DNA from: the human T2T-CHM13v2.0 reference genome, Homo sapiens
Reading direction: 5' to 3' (one strand)
Assembly: GCF_009914755.1 (NCBI RefSeq)
Contig: NC_060929.1
Length of the DNA: 64,000 nt
Shown here: positions 30,311 through 47,128 of the stretch, piece after piece
Layout of the letters: every line of letters starts with the position of its first letter
Position numbering within the stretch: the stretch's first letter is position 1
Translations under genes and position numbers: made by a program
Notes under the pieces: model-generated
Told to the model about the DNA's origin: nothing
The model's input: only the letters and a program-made list of their open reading frames with translations
Database searches by the model: none

Positions 30311-31859
30311 ATCAGCTTACTAAACTTTAAAGTATTAGTAATAATAAGACAAGCCTCACATAAAGCTTTTAAAATACTTAATACAATTCTTGAAATTACA
30401 GTGTTAGTGCCATTAATTCAGCTTTACTATTACTACGAGAAAAAGAGAGGTTGCAACTATGCATTAGTGAATTGTAGAAATAGATACTTTGAGTGTTGTC
30501 CATGTAGTGAGTACTTGCATCAAGTTCACAGCAGCTTGTCTGTTCTTTAAGTTCACAAACTGACTTAAGGGAAACTTCATAGCTGCTGCTGTAAGTACTT
30601 TTAGCAGAGAACTCTACTAGATGATTATGGTTCATCATTTTTTTGTGTAATGAACTGACAAATGTTACTTTTAACAAATCTTTAATACACTATTTACTCT
30701 GTGTTTTAAAGGAAGGAAAAAAAGAATATCCAGTTCATTAAGAGAGAGGCTCAGAATATCAATCTATTTCTATTGTTTTATCTTCAGACTCACTTACTAT
30801 GTCCTTGGTCATCTCCACTCTGCTATTTAGGTTAACCTTGTGAGATTTTACTTCCATTTGCTATATTTTTTCAGTTTATTATTCCAATTAATTCTTCTTT
30901 ATATCATCTTTTTCTTTGAAAGATGAAGTATGAAAGAAATCACTCTGCAAAACTTTCACATTATTTACGTTCTACAAACATGCATATCTAATAAAATTTT
31001 AAGTTGTATCCCAGGGAAAGCAGGCTGCTGTGGGCCTCTAAGGACCATGGTCCACTTTAAGTAAGATTTAAGAAGAAGCTAAAGCAAAGGATTTGGGGTA
31101 TCCAAAATATGAGATATTACTGGTAGCCTTCTAATTTTTTTCCTAAATGGGAAGGTGGGTCCAGTTGGAAATATGTTCCCTGGTTCTATTGTTTGCCTTT
31201 TCTGGTACTTCTCTGCTATACTTCCTAGTTTATTAAAGATTATGTTGTCTGTTTTCTCACCTAACAACATGATAAATGATTTCTTACTGAAGTTTTGTCT
31301 GAAAACTATATTACCTGTCTTGTGGACAGGGAACTGTTAAAGAATAGGAAAGCTGAAAGGATGGTAGAATTTCAGGCATGGTGGGTGGCAAGAGAGAAAA
31401 TTTCTGAGTCAAGGGCCATTCCGTCTTCTAAAATTAAGCCACATGTGTAAATCCTCCTTTATAATCATAAATGTCCTTCTTATGCCTTGATATTATCCTG
31501 GAAACACATTGATGTTAGCACTATCATTCAGAGAGCATGAAAAGGTCAATATTATGTAGCATCTGTATATGAAAGAGGAACTCAATTAACCATTTATTAA
31601 TGTATTAGTGAATGAGGACAGCAATTCTTTAACAAACTGTAAATGGTAACTGTGGGTGTTCTTTATTTCCCAATGACTCTGTACTTTTTGTTCTGTGATG
31701 ATAATATTCTGTTTCCAAAAGGGATGACTCAGTCTGAAACAATGTCTTCTTCCTTGCAGAATCAGATTGTTAATACTGAAAGAATGGGTTTCTTCACTTA
31801 GAAGTTTGCTATAACTCAGGTTTCCAAATGACAAAAGTGTTTAATGTTACCTATAAAAT

Positions 31860-32120
31860 AATAATACTAATAGCTAAAATTCATCAAGTCCTTATACGTG
31901 CAAGCATTATGTTAGGTCCTCTATATACATTCACACACCTACTACACAGTGATCAGTTACTGTCTGTATTCATATTTTACAGATATGTAAACTGACACTT
32001 GGGGAGGTAAAGTACATTTCTCAGGACAATTCGGGTGGTAAGTGGCAGAGCTAGGATTTAAACCTAGGTTTATTTACTATTTAGGTTTATTTACTATTAA
32101 GGTCAGAGTTTTTACCATGT
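31860..32120. mobile_element. MIR
   Basis: CATATTTTACAGATATGTAAACTGA...GGTAAGTGGCAGAGCTAGGATTTAAACCTAGG. Confidence 0.75.
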
Positions 32121-32494
32121 AGATGTAATTAAATAGGAAACAGCTGTTGCTCATAGTCTTTTAGGGTTTTAGATATTCCTGGGCATGTCTTCTAGGGCTC
32201 CTGAAATAGTCTTTGTGGCAATAACAGGGCATCCAGGGTTATCCTCTTTTCTGGTTCCCATGGAGCTCCAGGAGGGTCTCTGCCGCCTACCCTGCAGTAG
32301 CACCACTTCCCACCTTCATTGGAGCTACCACTGGCTCCCAGAAGTTCCATTACCCTACTGCCTCACTAACTTAAAGTTGTATCCTTACAGAAACTGGTAT
32401 TGGCTCTTTTTCTTTCCCACTATGATGCAGCCATATTTGCTGTTGTTGGAGTCCTGTTCTTCCAACTCTTCACAATGCCATCGCCCTCTTACCT

Positions 32495-32811
<317 letters not shown>

Positions 32812-32875
32812 CCATTTTCCTCTTACCTTTTATGTCTCCTTAAAGAAGGCTTCCATCACCATACAAGTATATTAT

Positions 32876-35106
<2,231 letters not shown>

Positions 35107-36757
35107 GGTACTAATTACAGTTTGTAAATATATGTGTATTTGGTACTTAACTTACCTGCATTTTCACCCATTAGATGGTAAATTCCACAAAAATGGGATC
35201 CATATCTGCTTTACTCTTCAGAATCTTCTGGATGATTAACATTGTGACCAGCATTTGCTGAACATGAAACAAACACTTGTTGAATGTGTGAATCACCTTC
35301 AACCTTGGTTTGAGCCCCTTAAACTACAGATGGGATTTAATATAATCAACATATAAAGGTGACTGCATGTAGAACAAGGTATAGGAAGAAAATACTGTCA
35401 GTTACATTTATATTTACTATTTATGTAAATAAAAAGTATGGAATTAGGTTTAATAACATTTTACCTACAAATTCTTCTGAGCTATCCTTGGGGAAGAATA
35501 CGAATCCCATATGAGGCTGTGTTGGCAGAAGTCCCCTCATGCTATTGTTTGTGATACGTACATTGAGATATATTGGAATTTATACATCTTTATTAAATGG
35601 ATCTGCAGAGTATCTTACCAAGTTCCAACCGAACTAACATGGGCAAATATCATATACAGATTCTTGCAAATATGCTGTAGATTGGAGATGATAATATACT
35701 AATAACTGAAGCACAAATGAATAATTGAAAATAAAGAAACCGAAACTTCTAGTGCTAGAATGAAATCCTTTAAAGCCACAAAACCATGTAAAAAACAAGC
35801 AAACAATGATTATCTAATCAGATTTGACGCACTGAAAAGTTGGTGCCCACAAAGCTAATTTATCAAGAAGAACATCTAATTTAAAGATTTATATTTACTG
35901 TTGTTAACGATCAACTTTGCACTGTGTGTTGTGCCTTGAGATAGATATTAGCTAATGTTAGTAGAATGAAGCCATCACAATTAGCGAGACATTTAAAAAC
36001 TAACCATCTGGAACTTGAAGGCAAACCCTAGAGTTGTTTCAGGGATATTAAGAAGCATACAGTGCTCATTCCAGTACCTTACTAAATTTTGTTACACTTA
36101 ATGATTAAAGTGTAGAAGACTATTTTGAGGTTTCTTAAGAGCAAGAAATAAAGAGCCACATATTTGTTCTTCTTACTGCGGTAAAGATAGTTGAAGTAAG
36201 ATACAAAAAATAATGTACAGCACAAGCTAAAATAGTTACATTTGTCGATAAATACTGCAAAATATTGCAAAAAATTATGTAAAAATAATGCATGAAGCTA
36301 TTAATAAAATGTGAAGAAACAACCATCATTTTGAATTATAAAATATGAAACATATCTGTATAGTTTAATAAAGGTACAGGAATTATAATTTGTCTCAATT
36401 TATGGTATTTGCTAAATTTTGATTCAATAACATAAACTTTTTATTTTGAACAACTATAGAAAAGGTGTTCCCAAGAAGTTATATTTTCACTATCCTACAG
36501 TTTCTTTAATACAAACTGTGTTTTATGGAAATATGTGGGGTTCTACCAGTGAGTGAAATTATCGATGACGTAGCTATGTTGATAGAAGAAAAATGATTTG
36601 GAATTAGGGTTACAACAAAGGCACCAGATGTGAAGTTCATTCGACACCTCATCCAGTTGCAAACTAGTAATGCACACGTTAATATTTGTTATCAACAATC
36701 TAGCTAATTTTATAAAAGGATGACTATTAAAATATAGAAGAGCCTTTATACTCTGTA

Positions 36758-36888
36758 CGGATGCTTCTCAACTTATAATGGAGCATATATTACCATCATG
36801 ATTTGAGGAGCATACTGAGTGCCTATCACCTTCACACTATTATAAAGTAGAAACACTATAAGTCAACCATTGTAAGTTGAACCAGCTG
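36758..36888. mobile_element. Internally deleted Tigger4a/MER46-like MITE inside the Charlie transposase
   Basis: TA|CGGATGCTTCTCAACTTATAATGG ... CCATTGTAAGTTGAACCAGCTG|TA. Confidence 0.7.
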
Positions 36889-37253
36889 TATAATGAAATG
36901 GGGATTAGTTACAAAGACTTTTTGTTCCTCATAGAGATTCTCAGATTTTCTCTTGGGAAATTCTTTAAAGAGTTATTGTATTAAAAGATAAGTTATATCT
37001 TTTAATACGATAGTGTGCTACCTAGTTAGTGTGCTACCTAGAAGATATATAATTTTAAAAACGCATACTTAGCCTTTTTGACATAAAGGTGGTATTTCTT
37101 ACATTGGAAGTGAAAGAAATACATAATTTTAAAAACCTCTTACTTTGGGAATGCATTTTGAAATATTTGGAAAAATTTACATGGATAGACAGTTTTGTTG
37201 CTGAAAATGTGTCACATTTAAAAAGAAAACAAAACACATGTTTAAGCACTTAA

Positions 37254-37448
<195 letters not shown>

Positions 37449-37764
37449 TAATATTTTAAAGTAAGGTTTTGAACTAATCTTTTACAAATACAAAAATATA
37501 ACAGTTTATGAATAGTTTATAAGAATAGCTGAATGACATTAAAGAAGTTGACATTTATGAGCCACATTTAAGAAAAAAATTACATAATTAATGGATGAGA
37601 TTGAAAAATAAATATGGCTTAATAAGTTCTATTATTTTTATCAATGACAATGATTAAGAATACCTGTTTGAACATAAAAATCAAACAGAACTTGGACCCA
37701 GACCTGTGAATCATTGTAACAAAAAGTGAATATTCAATTAGTTTGCCTTTACTAAAGTTGTATC

Positions 37765-37794
37765 AATGATGATGATGATGATGATGATGATGAT
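37765..37794. repeat. (GAT)n microsatellite
   Basis: About 9 uninterrupted GAT units. Confidence 0.95.
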
Positions 37795-38050
37795 ATTCTT
37801 CTACTTCTAGACTCTAAAATACAAGAAGAAACAACAGACTATCTATTGGACGAGTAAGTCCACAATAAAAGCCTTATGTTTTTCTTGCATCCAAATATAC
37901 CATTTTCCCATTCTTAAACTTCTAATCAAACAAAAAAGCAATAAAATGCTTATTTGCCAAATGATACTATCTGCAAAATAAATAATGATAATAACTGTTA
38001 TTAATATATTTTAGAAACAGGTGATGTAGAACCACTAATGTCTTAAATAA

Positions 38051-38372
<322 letters not shown>

Positions 38373-38829
38373 ATCCTTTCAAATTTCCATTTTCATGTGT
38401 TTCAAAAATTCATTCAAATAAATTAATTAGTATATGTTATATGTTTATAAAATGCATTTAAATAGAATTTACTGGGCTCATGCTCAAAACATTTCTCTTT
38501 GGAAGGGTGCTCAAATTAAAAAGATGGGAAGCCAATGGAGTGAGTTTTCTGTCCTAGTGGTTTGTATCACTGGGGTCAGACAGCTCTGTATTTGAAGATC
38601 AAGCCTGCTCTATGCTTACTGGTTAGCATTCTCTGAACCCCAGTTTCCATTTCCGTACAATGGAGATAAAATTATGTAATTCACACATAATAAGAAGTAT
38701 ATTATATAAAACATAAATCACAGGGGTAATGCCTAATAAAAGTGTGATATATTTTAATTTTTTAAAAAATCAATAACCTCATAGGTTGTCATAGAGTATG
38801 TGGAAAGGTGACAACATATATGGAGGACA

Positions 38830-39720
38830 GATTTGTCTCAAGCAGATGAGGGTTCATCTAGATACGTGAACAGGAATGATAACCAGCATTGCTTATAATT
38901 GTACTGAAAATGGAAACTTAGACTTAGTTGAAAAGAGTTTTTATGAATAAATTGTGTAATATTTCTTTAAGTAGACAGTTTATGAGTAAAAATAAATGTA
39001 CTAACATGGACTGATAATGTACTAATAATGTACTAACCTCTCAAAAACTCAATTTTGATGCCAGGTACAATGTCTCAGTGCCTGTAATCCCAGCAGTTTG
39101 GGAGGCCAAGGTAGGAGGATCACTTGAAGCTAGGAATTTGAGACCAGCCTGGACAACATAATGAGAGCCTATCTTTATAAAAAATAAAATAAAAATTAGC
39201 AGGGCATGGTGGCACGTGCCTGTAGTCCCAGCTACATAGGAGGCTAAGGCAGGAAGATCACTTGAGGTCATGTGTTCCAGGCTGCAGTGAGCTATGATGG
39301 AGCTGCTGCACTCCAGTCTACGTGGCAAAGCGAAGCACTGTCTCAAAAACAAAGTAAAACAAAACAGTTAACATAATTTTCAGTTTAAAAAGATCAAATT
39401 ATTTTTAAACAGGAAGTTGTACAATATAACAACCCTTGTAAAATGTTTGGAAACATGAAAAGCAATATAGTATATTGTTCACAGATAAATGCATCTAGAA
39501 TGAACGTATTAAGAAAAGTTTGGGAATGATATACATAAATTTCAGGATAATGGTTACCTCTAAGTGTATGGAAAAGGAAGGTAGTTAGGAGATAAAAACA
39601 TGCACTTCAATAGGAGTTGTAAAGTTTCATCTTTGTAAATTGAGTGATAAAAACATAAAAGTTTATTATATTCTTTTATATGCTTTGTTATTGCCATATA
39701 TTTTACTATTTTAAAGAAAT
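38830..39720 (+). mobile_element. Ancient L1ME-like 3' region split by an AluJ
   Basis: GGAATGATAACCAGCATTGCTTATAATTG...ATAAATTCAGGATAATGGTTACCTCT. Confidence 0.55.
39059..39365 (+). mobile_element. AluJ
   Basis: GGAGGATCACTTGAAGCTAGG, GGCTGCAGTGAGCTATGAT. Confidence 0.9.
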
Positions 39721-41824
39721 CAAAGAATGGAAAAGATTTGTCTTTACATGAAGTAGTGCATGGCTGCCCATTTGAGAATGCTGTCTTAGAAGAAAAGCAG
39801 GAAGGAAGGAAGAAAGGAAGGGAGGGAGGAATTGAGGGAGAGAGGAAGGGAGGGGAGGAAGAAGAAATATTTTCCATAAAAGTAATTTTCTTGGCATTTT
39901 TCTTCAAAAGCCATCTTGGACAAGCAAGCCAAAGAACTAAAAAGGCATTAGGGGTGGGGAGAGCCCATCTGGTTAATGGGCTGATACTGAATATTTAATT
40001 ATTTCACTTTTGACACAAGGCCATGTTTTAACATCTTGAACATCCAGGTAACTTTCCCTGTGTGAAGTCTGAGTGAAAAAAGGAAATGCATTGTTAGTCT
40101 CCACACTTTCCTCTTTTTATTTTAATAAGAAATTGTATCATCGTAGGCAGACAATATGATGTCATATTTTTTCTATGATATTTTCACAGTGTACACCAGG
40201 GTGCCTGTACTTTGCAGCTATATGACACGCAGGATTATTATTTTTTTTCTTTTCTTATCATCAGAGCCTCAAAAACAAGCTCCATGGCACCAGGCACAAA
40301 GACTATCAATAAACATTCCATCTTTTCATTTTTCTCCTGTGTTATTTAATAAGGGAAAGACAGAGCCACGATTTTTAACTATCAGACAGCAAACATTTTG
40401 GAAATAATTTCTCTCTTCAAGGGTCTTTGATGATGACCAAGAGTTCTCCCTACCTTCATCCTGTGTTATTGCCCCAGGGGATGGGCTAACGGCCTCACTG
40501 GGGGGTTGCAATTGAGAAAACTGCTGAACACAGTTACTGGCCTTCCCATGGGTGGGACTGAAGGGGCTGGGTGAGAATCTGTGGCTCTTGCAGTCACCTG
40601 TCTGTGTCCCCTCCATGGCTGTATCCGACCAGTTCCCTCCATGTCTTGTCTTTGCTATCGGTGGGAGTGGCTTGCCGACATTCCTGGCAGAATGCAGGCC
40701 ACTCAAGTTAGCATACCAGCAATGCAGCCTGGTTGCTAGGGAGCTGCCCTCTGAGCATCCCTTGATCTATTTTTAAATTTCCATGCTTGTTTCCTCTCTG
40801 AAAGGAAGCAAAGAATAATACAGCTTGCTTTTCTGCTCTTTTAAGAAACAAAGTAACCAACAAGGCTAAGACCTGTTGTGAAGTTAAAAAGCATTTGCTA
40901 ATTAAGCTTCAGAATGTTGTGTTATTTGTGCCCATCTAGTTTCTGCTTAATTAATTTGCAGATAAGGCAGCATCTCAGAAGAGGTAGAAGCGAAGGTCTA
41001 TAAGGAGTATAGGTGAAATTTGCTGGTACTTTTTTCCTTTTTACTCCATTAATGATGCTCTTGAACGACTACCCTTCCTAGAGTTTAACAATAACGCATT
41101 GTGAGCCCCCCCAGGACTCCCCCCCACCAGGAATAAATGAGAAATTTGGAGGGCTATTGAACAGTGAGTTTTCACAGCTGATACACAGAAAACTATTTAG
41201 CACAGGTGTTTTGGTAACTGTGAAATACTGAGGAAATTCAGTCTTCTGTGACACTTAGATTCACTGTCTTGTGTGGGATGGAGTCTTATGGAACTTGTAA
41301 AATATCTGTAATATAAATAAAAGAAGAAGAAGAACAAAATTAGCTTTGCACAGAACTCCAGAAATTGTTCCTTGTATGGAAGAGTCTTCCTTTTTGGCCA
41401 CTGGTAACTAGCAGTTTTCTTGGTATTTTTTTCCAAGTTAAAATGAATCCAATTTCAAATGTTGTTAGCGAATTTTTAAAATGATGTGTTATATGCATGC
41501 AGGTGTGAAGAAATCTGGTGGAATAACAAGTGTGCTAGTCTCCATGTGTTAACGATATTTTTTGAGCCTTTAAGAAAAGCTATTTCTCCTCTTCTCCATG
41601 GTCACTTTCAGCCCTCAACAGCAGTTGATCAACAAGGTTAGCAGCTGTTCACTCTCCAAATTACAATCCTAGAAGTAAGTTACAATTTCTAGAACTGATA
41701 GTATAATAATATTCCACTGCCACCACTGGGAAGTCATGAGTTTGGATGTTGCAGTTTCTCTGTACCTCAATATGGGGTTCAGAAAAATAGATGGATTTAA
41801 AAGGAACATCTATTTTTATGGACT

Positions 41825-41868
41825 AAATTTATATAGACTAAATAGATGCATTTAGTCTATATAAATTT
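41825..41868. repeat. Perfect 19-bp inverted repeat with a 6-nt spacer
   Basis: AAATTTATATAGACTAAAT-agatgc-ATTTAGTCTATATAAATTT. Confidence 0.95.
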
Positions 41869-42286
41869 TCATAAAGCCCTTGGCTTCTCTTTTATAACCT
41901 TCAGCCTAGCATATTTTACCAGATGAGATATTGCTAAATTACATACTCTCATAGCAGAATTTACATAGAAACTACTAGAATTACAATGCAACTTTTTTAT
42001 TTAAAACCCACACTTTAATTTCTTGCATCTGTTGATGACATTCAAGGACCAATCACTTTTCTAAGTTCTTCATTACCTGTAATATTCCTAAGAATCCTAT
42101 AAGTGAGATACTATTATTCCCATTTTACCAGCCACAATAACCCCAGTTTCCTGAGATGAATTATTTGGACAAGGTCATTCTACCCCACCGCTGTCACAGA
42201 GCGGTGTCACAGTTAAGAGCAGTTTCTTAACTGCTATCTTGTGTGATTTCCCTTCTATGGGTAAATAGCACAAGTTAAGTTACTAA

Positions 42287-43756
42287 TGTGTCCAGAATTG
42301 GTGGGTTCTTGGTCTCACTGTCTTCAAGAATGAAGCCACGGACCCTCGCGGTGAGTGTTACAGTTCTTAAAAGCAGCGTGTCCGGAGTTTGTTCCTTCTG
42401 ATGTTGGGATGTGTTCAGAGTTTCTTCCTTCTGGTGGGTGCGTGGTCTCCCTGGCTCAGGAGTGAAGCTGCAGACCTTCGCGGTGAGTGGTACAGCTCTT
42501 AAGGCGGCGCGTCTGGAGTTGTTCTTTCTTCATGGTGGGTTCGTGGTCTCGCTGGCTCAGGAGTGAAGCTGCAGACCTTCGCGGTGAGTGGTACAGCTCT
42601 TAAGGTGGCGCGTCTGGAGTTGTTCGTTCTTCCTGGTGGGTTCGTGGTCTCCCTGGCTTCAGGAGTGAAGCTGCAGACTTTCGTGGTGAGTGTTACAGCT
42701 CATAAAGGCAGTGTGGACCCAAAGAGTGAGCAGCAGCAAGATTTATTGCAAAGAGCGAAAAAACAAACCTTCCACGTTGGGGAAGGGGACCCAAGCGGGT
42801 TCCCACTGCTGGCTCGGGCAGCCTGCTTTTATTCTCTTATCTGGCCCCACCCACATCCTGCTGATTGGTCCATTTTACAGAGAGCCAATTGGTCTGTTTT
42901 ACAGAGAGCTGATTGGTCCGTTTTGACAGGGTGCTGATTGGTGTGTTTACAATCCCTGAGCTAGACACAAAAGTTCTCCAGGTCCCCACTAGATTAGCTA
43001 GATACAGAGTGTGGACACAAAAGTTCTCCACGTCCCCACTAGATTAGCTCTATACAGGGTGTCGATTGGTGCATTCACAAACGCTGAGCTAGACACAGGG
43101 TGCTGATTGGTGTGTTTATAAACCTTGAGCTAGATACATAGTGCCGATTGGTGTATTTACAATCCCTTAGCTAGACGTAAAGATTCTCCAAGTCCCCACC
43201 AGACTCAGGAGCCCAGCTGGCTTCACCCAGTGGATCCGGGACCAGGCTGCAGGTGGAGCTGCCTGCCAGTCCCGTGTGGTGGGTCAGCACTCCTCAGCTC
43301 TTGGGTGGTCCATGGGACTGGGCGCCGTGGGGCAGGAGGCGGCACTCGTCGGGGAGGCTCGGGCTGCACAGGAGCCCACAGCGGGCGTGGGAGGCTCAGG
43401 CATGGCAGGCTGCAGGTCCCAAGCCCTGCCCCGAGGGGAGGAAGCTAAGGCCTGGCGAGAAGTCGAGCACAGCAGCTGCTGGCCCAGGTGCTAAGCCCCT
43501 CACTGCCCTGGGCTTGCGGGCCTGCCAGCCGCTCCGAGTGCCGGGCCTGCTGAGCCCACGCCCGCCCGAACTCATGCTGGCCCACAAGTGCCGCGCACAG
43601 AGCCGGCTCTGGCCTTGGCCAGCCCAGAAAGGGGCTCCTACAGCGCAGCAGCAGGCTGAAGGGCTCCTCAAGCACGGCCGGAGTGGGTGCCAAGGCCGAG
43701 GAGGCACCAAGAGCGAGCAAGGGCTGCGAGGGCTGTCAGCACGCTGTCACCTCTCA
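42287..43756 (-). mobile_element. ERV9 LTR12C-like solo LTR, complete
   Basis: Minus strand starts TGAGAGGTGACAGCGTGCTG and ends CCAAGAACCCACCAATTCTGGACACA; 4-bp TSD CTAA (42283-86 and 43757-60); ~101-bp U5 repeats and CCAAT-bearing U3 repeats. Confidence 0.97.
42820..43165 (-). promoter_or_regulatory. LTR12 enhancer/promoter core: CCAAT (NF-Y) array, GC box and AATAAA-type TATA element
   Basis: ATTGG on the + strand at about 42864, 42888, 42912, 42937, 43065, 43106 and 43147; CTTTTATTCT at ~42827; matches the established ERV9 LTR promoter layout. Confidence 0.8.
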
Positions 43757-43869
43757 CTAATGATAACTTGAATCCTTGAAAGACCTCTGAACTCACCAAT
43801 GAGAAATCCTGAAATCTACCAGTTTGAAGTCCTGAAGAGTTACACGTGGGGTAGCTCACTCTTAAATCC

Positions 43870-44090
43870 CGAGCCAGGGGGTAGCAGGGTGGCACACAGG
43901 CTTAGGGGACGGCAAAATACAAATTTTAATTCTAGCCTCTGTACTAACTTAACCTGGATAAGTTACCAAAACGAAGTTTCCTCAACTGTAAAATGGTGAT
44001 GTCCCTTTCTCACAGGGTGGTTATGAAGATTATATGAGATGGTATTCATACAATTCCTGGCATGTAGCAACATTCAATAAGTAGCAGCCA
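43870..44090. mobile_element. MIR
   Basis: AGTTTCCTCAACTGTAAAATGG...CTCACAGGGTGGTTATGAAGATTATATGAGAT. Confidence 0.75.
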
Positions 44091-45336
44091 AAAATCAAAG
44101 TATCCACTGTGAAAGTGTCATTTGGGAACCATAATCACAGACTTTCCTAGGACTTAAGGGCTCAATCTTACTCTTTCAGGCTCAGGGACAAATGCTTAGC
44201 ATTAAGTTCAGGGCACCAGAGCCCACTTCCCTATTTTCAGTAACTTGTACAAGGGTGTAGCACCAGCATTAGAAGGAAGAAACCAGAAGAGCAGAATATG
44301 GAGTCAACATAAAACATTAGGAGCATCTTGAGATATGCCCTCCTTTGTTTGTCTCTTACATGTTTTGGTGAGTGGTGATGTTCTTATAGAATTAAGAATT
44401 GTTTCCTTTTTGCCATCTGGTTTTCTAAGACTAGGAAATATTTTGATACATAAAATGAAACACCACTGGTGAAAAGTTTGTTTTCCTCTCTTAGTATATT
44501 CTGGAATGGCTTGAAAGCCAATGACTGTTTGACATTCTGAAATTTTAAACTGATGACTTGCCGTTTGTAGAAGAGGACCACGGAAAAACCTTGAGTCTCC
44601 CCAGTGAGATGTGATATTCTTGCTGTTTTCGATGCAGAGCTACCGAGTATTATACCTTATAAGGGGATAAGTGCTGTAATGTTACTGCTGAAATGACAAA
44701 CTGAGAAGGCACTAGGAGAATCTCCATGAATTACCCAACTTCTTTCATTTAATGAGTACCTACCACATGCTCAGTACACAATGCTGAATACACAGTTCTG
44801 TGTATTGTGTACCAAATGCCGCTAGACACCAAGGATACAGGTACCAATGAACTCCACCCTGGCTCGGTCCCATGAGAAAACTGCCAGGTACATGGGAAAA
44901 TGAGTGGCCTAGTAGTTCTCTAAGAGTACTGCTGAGGAGGAGGCAAGGAAGGCTGGCATGAATTTTTCAGAACAAGTGGTTATTCACTCTCTTCTCAGCT
45001 TTAGCTTCCAAACCAATTGAGAAATAAATATAAGAGTGAGAGTGATGGAATGAGCAGCTTCATTACAGTAAAGCTGAATGAGAGAATGTGGCTGGGACTA
45101 AAGGCCACGTGTTTTTTCCTGTTCCCACATATGCAGCCACCTGCTCAAATATACTGATTCCTCCCCCAATCTCCAGCAGAGGAGCTGGGCCACTGCCACC
45201 TCCCCTGGCTAGGGCAGAGCTGGCCTCAGTGGCTCACCATGCAGGGGAGACACAGGTGTCGGGCTGCAGGTGGCTCATTTCTGAAAAGTCCCCAAGGAGG
45301 ATAATGAATACACAATAGCACTTTCCCTCTTTACTA

Positions 45337-45699
<363 letters not shown>

Positions 45700-46371
45700 T
45701 TAGAAACAATGGTGAACACTTTCCCCCACCTAAGAAGCCAACAGAAACTATATTTTAGCTCAAGAAGGAAGCATGTTTAGAGAGGAAAATCTGTGCCCTT
45801 TACAGTGCTTTTTTTGAGCTGAGTCATGAAGGAAGAAGAGGAATCTGCAGAAAAAGAAAGGGGGAAGCATTTCAGACAAACAGCACAGTGAGTGTGAAAG
45901 CAGAGGTGCATTACAGGGCTCCGCATGTGATCCAGGCGAATAAAGAGAACAAAAGAGATTTGCTTTCGGATTTATGTTTACAGCTCCCAATATGTTTTAC
46001 TATCAGTGACGTTATTTTGATCTTTACGGTAATGCTGAGAGGTAAAATTGTGATAACAATTGATATTCCTATTTTACATGGCAACTGAGATTGAATGAGC
46101 TAAGTTATACACTTCACACAGTATTCGGAATACAATTAGCAAGTATGATCCCATTATTATTGCAACCACTAGAATTATGTTTATTACTAGGACAGTTATT
46201 ATTTATTTCTATTATTACTGCCAAGTTCTCATGGCTAGTAAGTGGCATAACTAGTAAGCCCCACTGCTGGTAAGTGCTATGGCTAGTGATTCCTGTATTA
46301 AGTGGCAGAGCTGAGGTTCAATGACATGGCATCTGGTAGATTTCAAGGACTTAATAAGCACCTTCAAGAAC

Positions 46372-47128
<757 letters not shown>

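Noticed and set aside
42400-43200. CRISPR-like or novel repeat array (~101-bp and ~41-bp units)
   Set aside because: These are the normal U5 and U3 tandem repeats of ERV9 LTR12; there are no unique spacers, and the DNA is primate
43230-43771. GC-rich CpG-island promoter with a 172-aa ORF
   Set aside because: Entirely within the LTR12 U3 region; such ORFs are common in GC-rich LTR12 sequence
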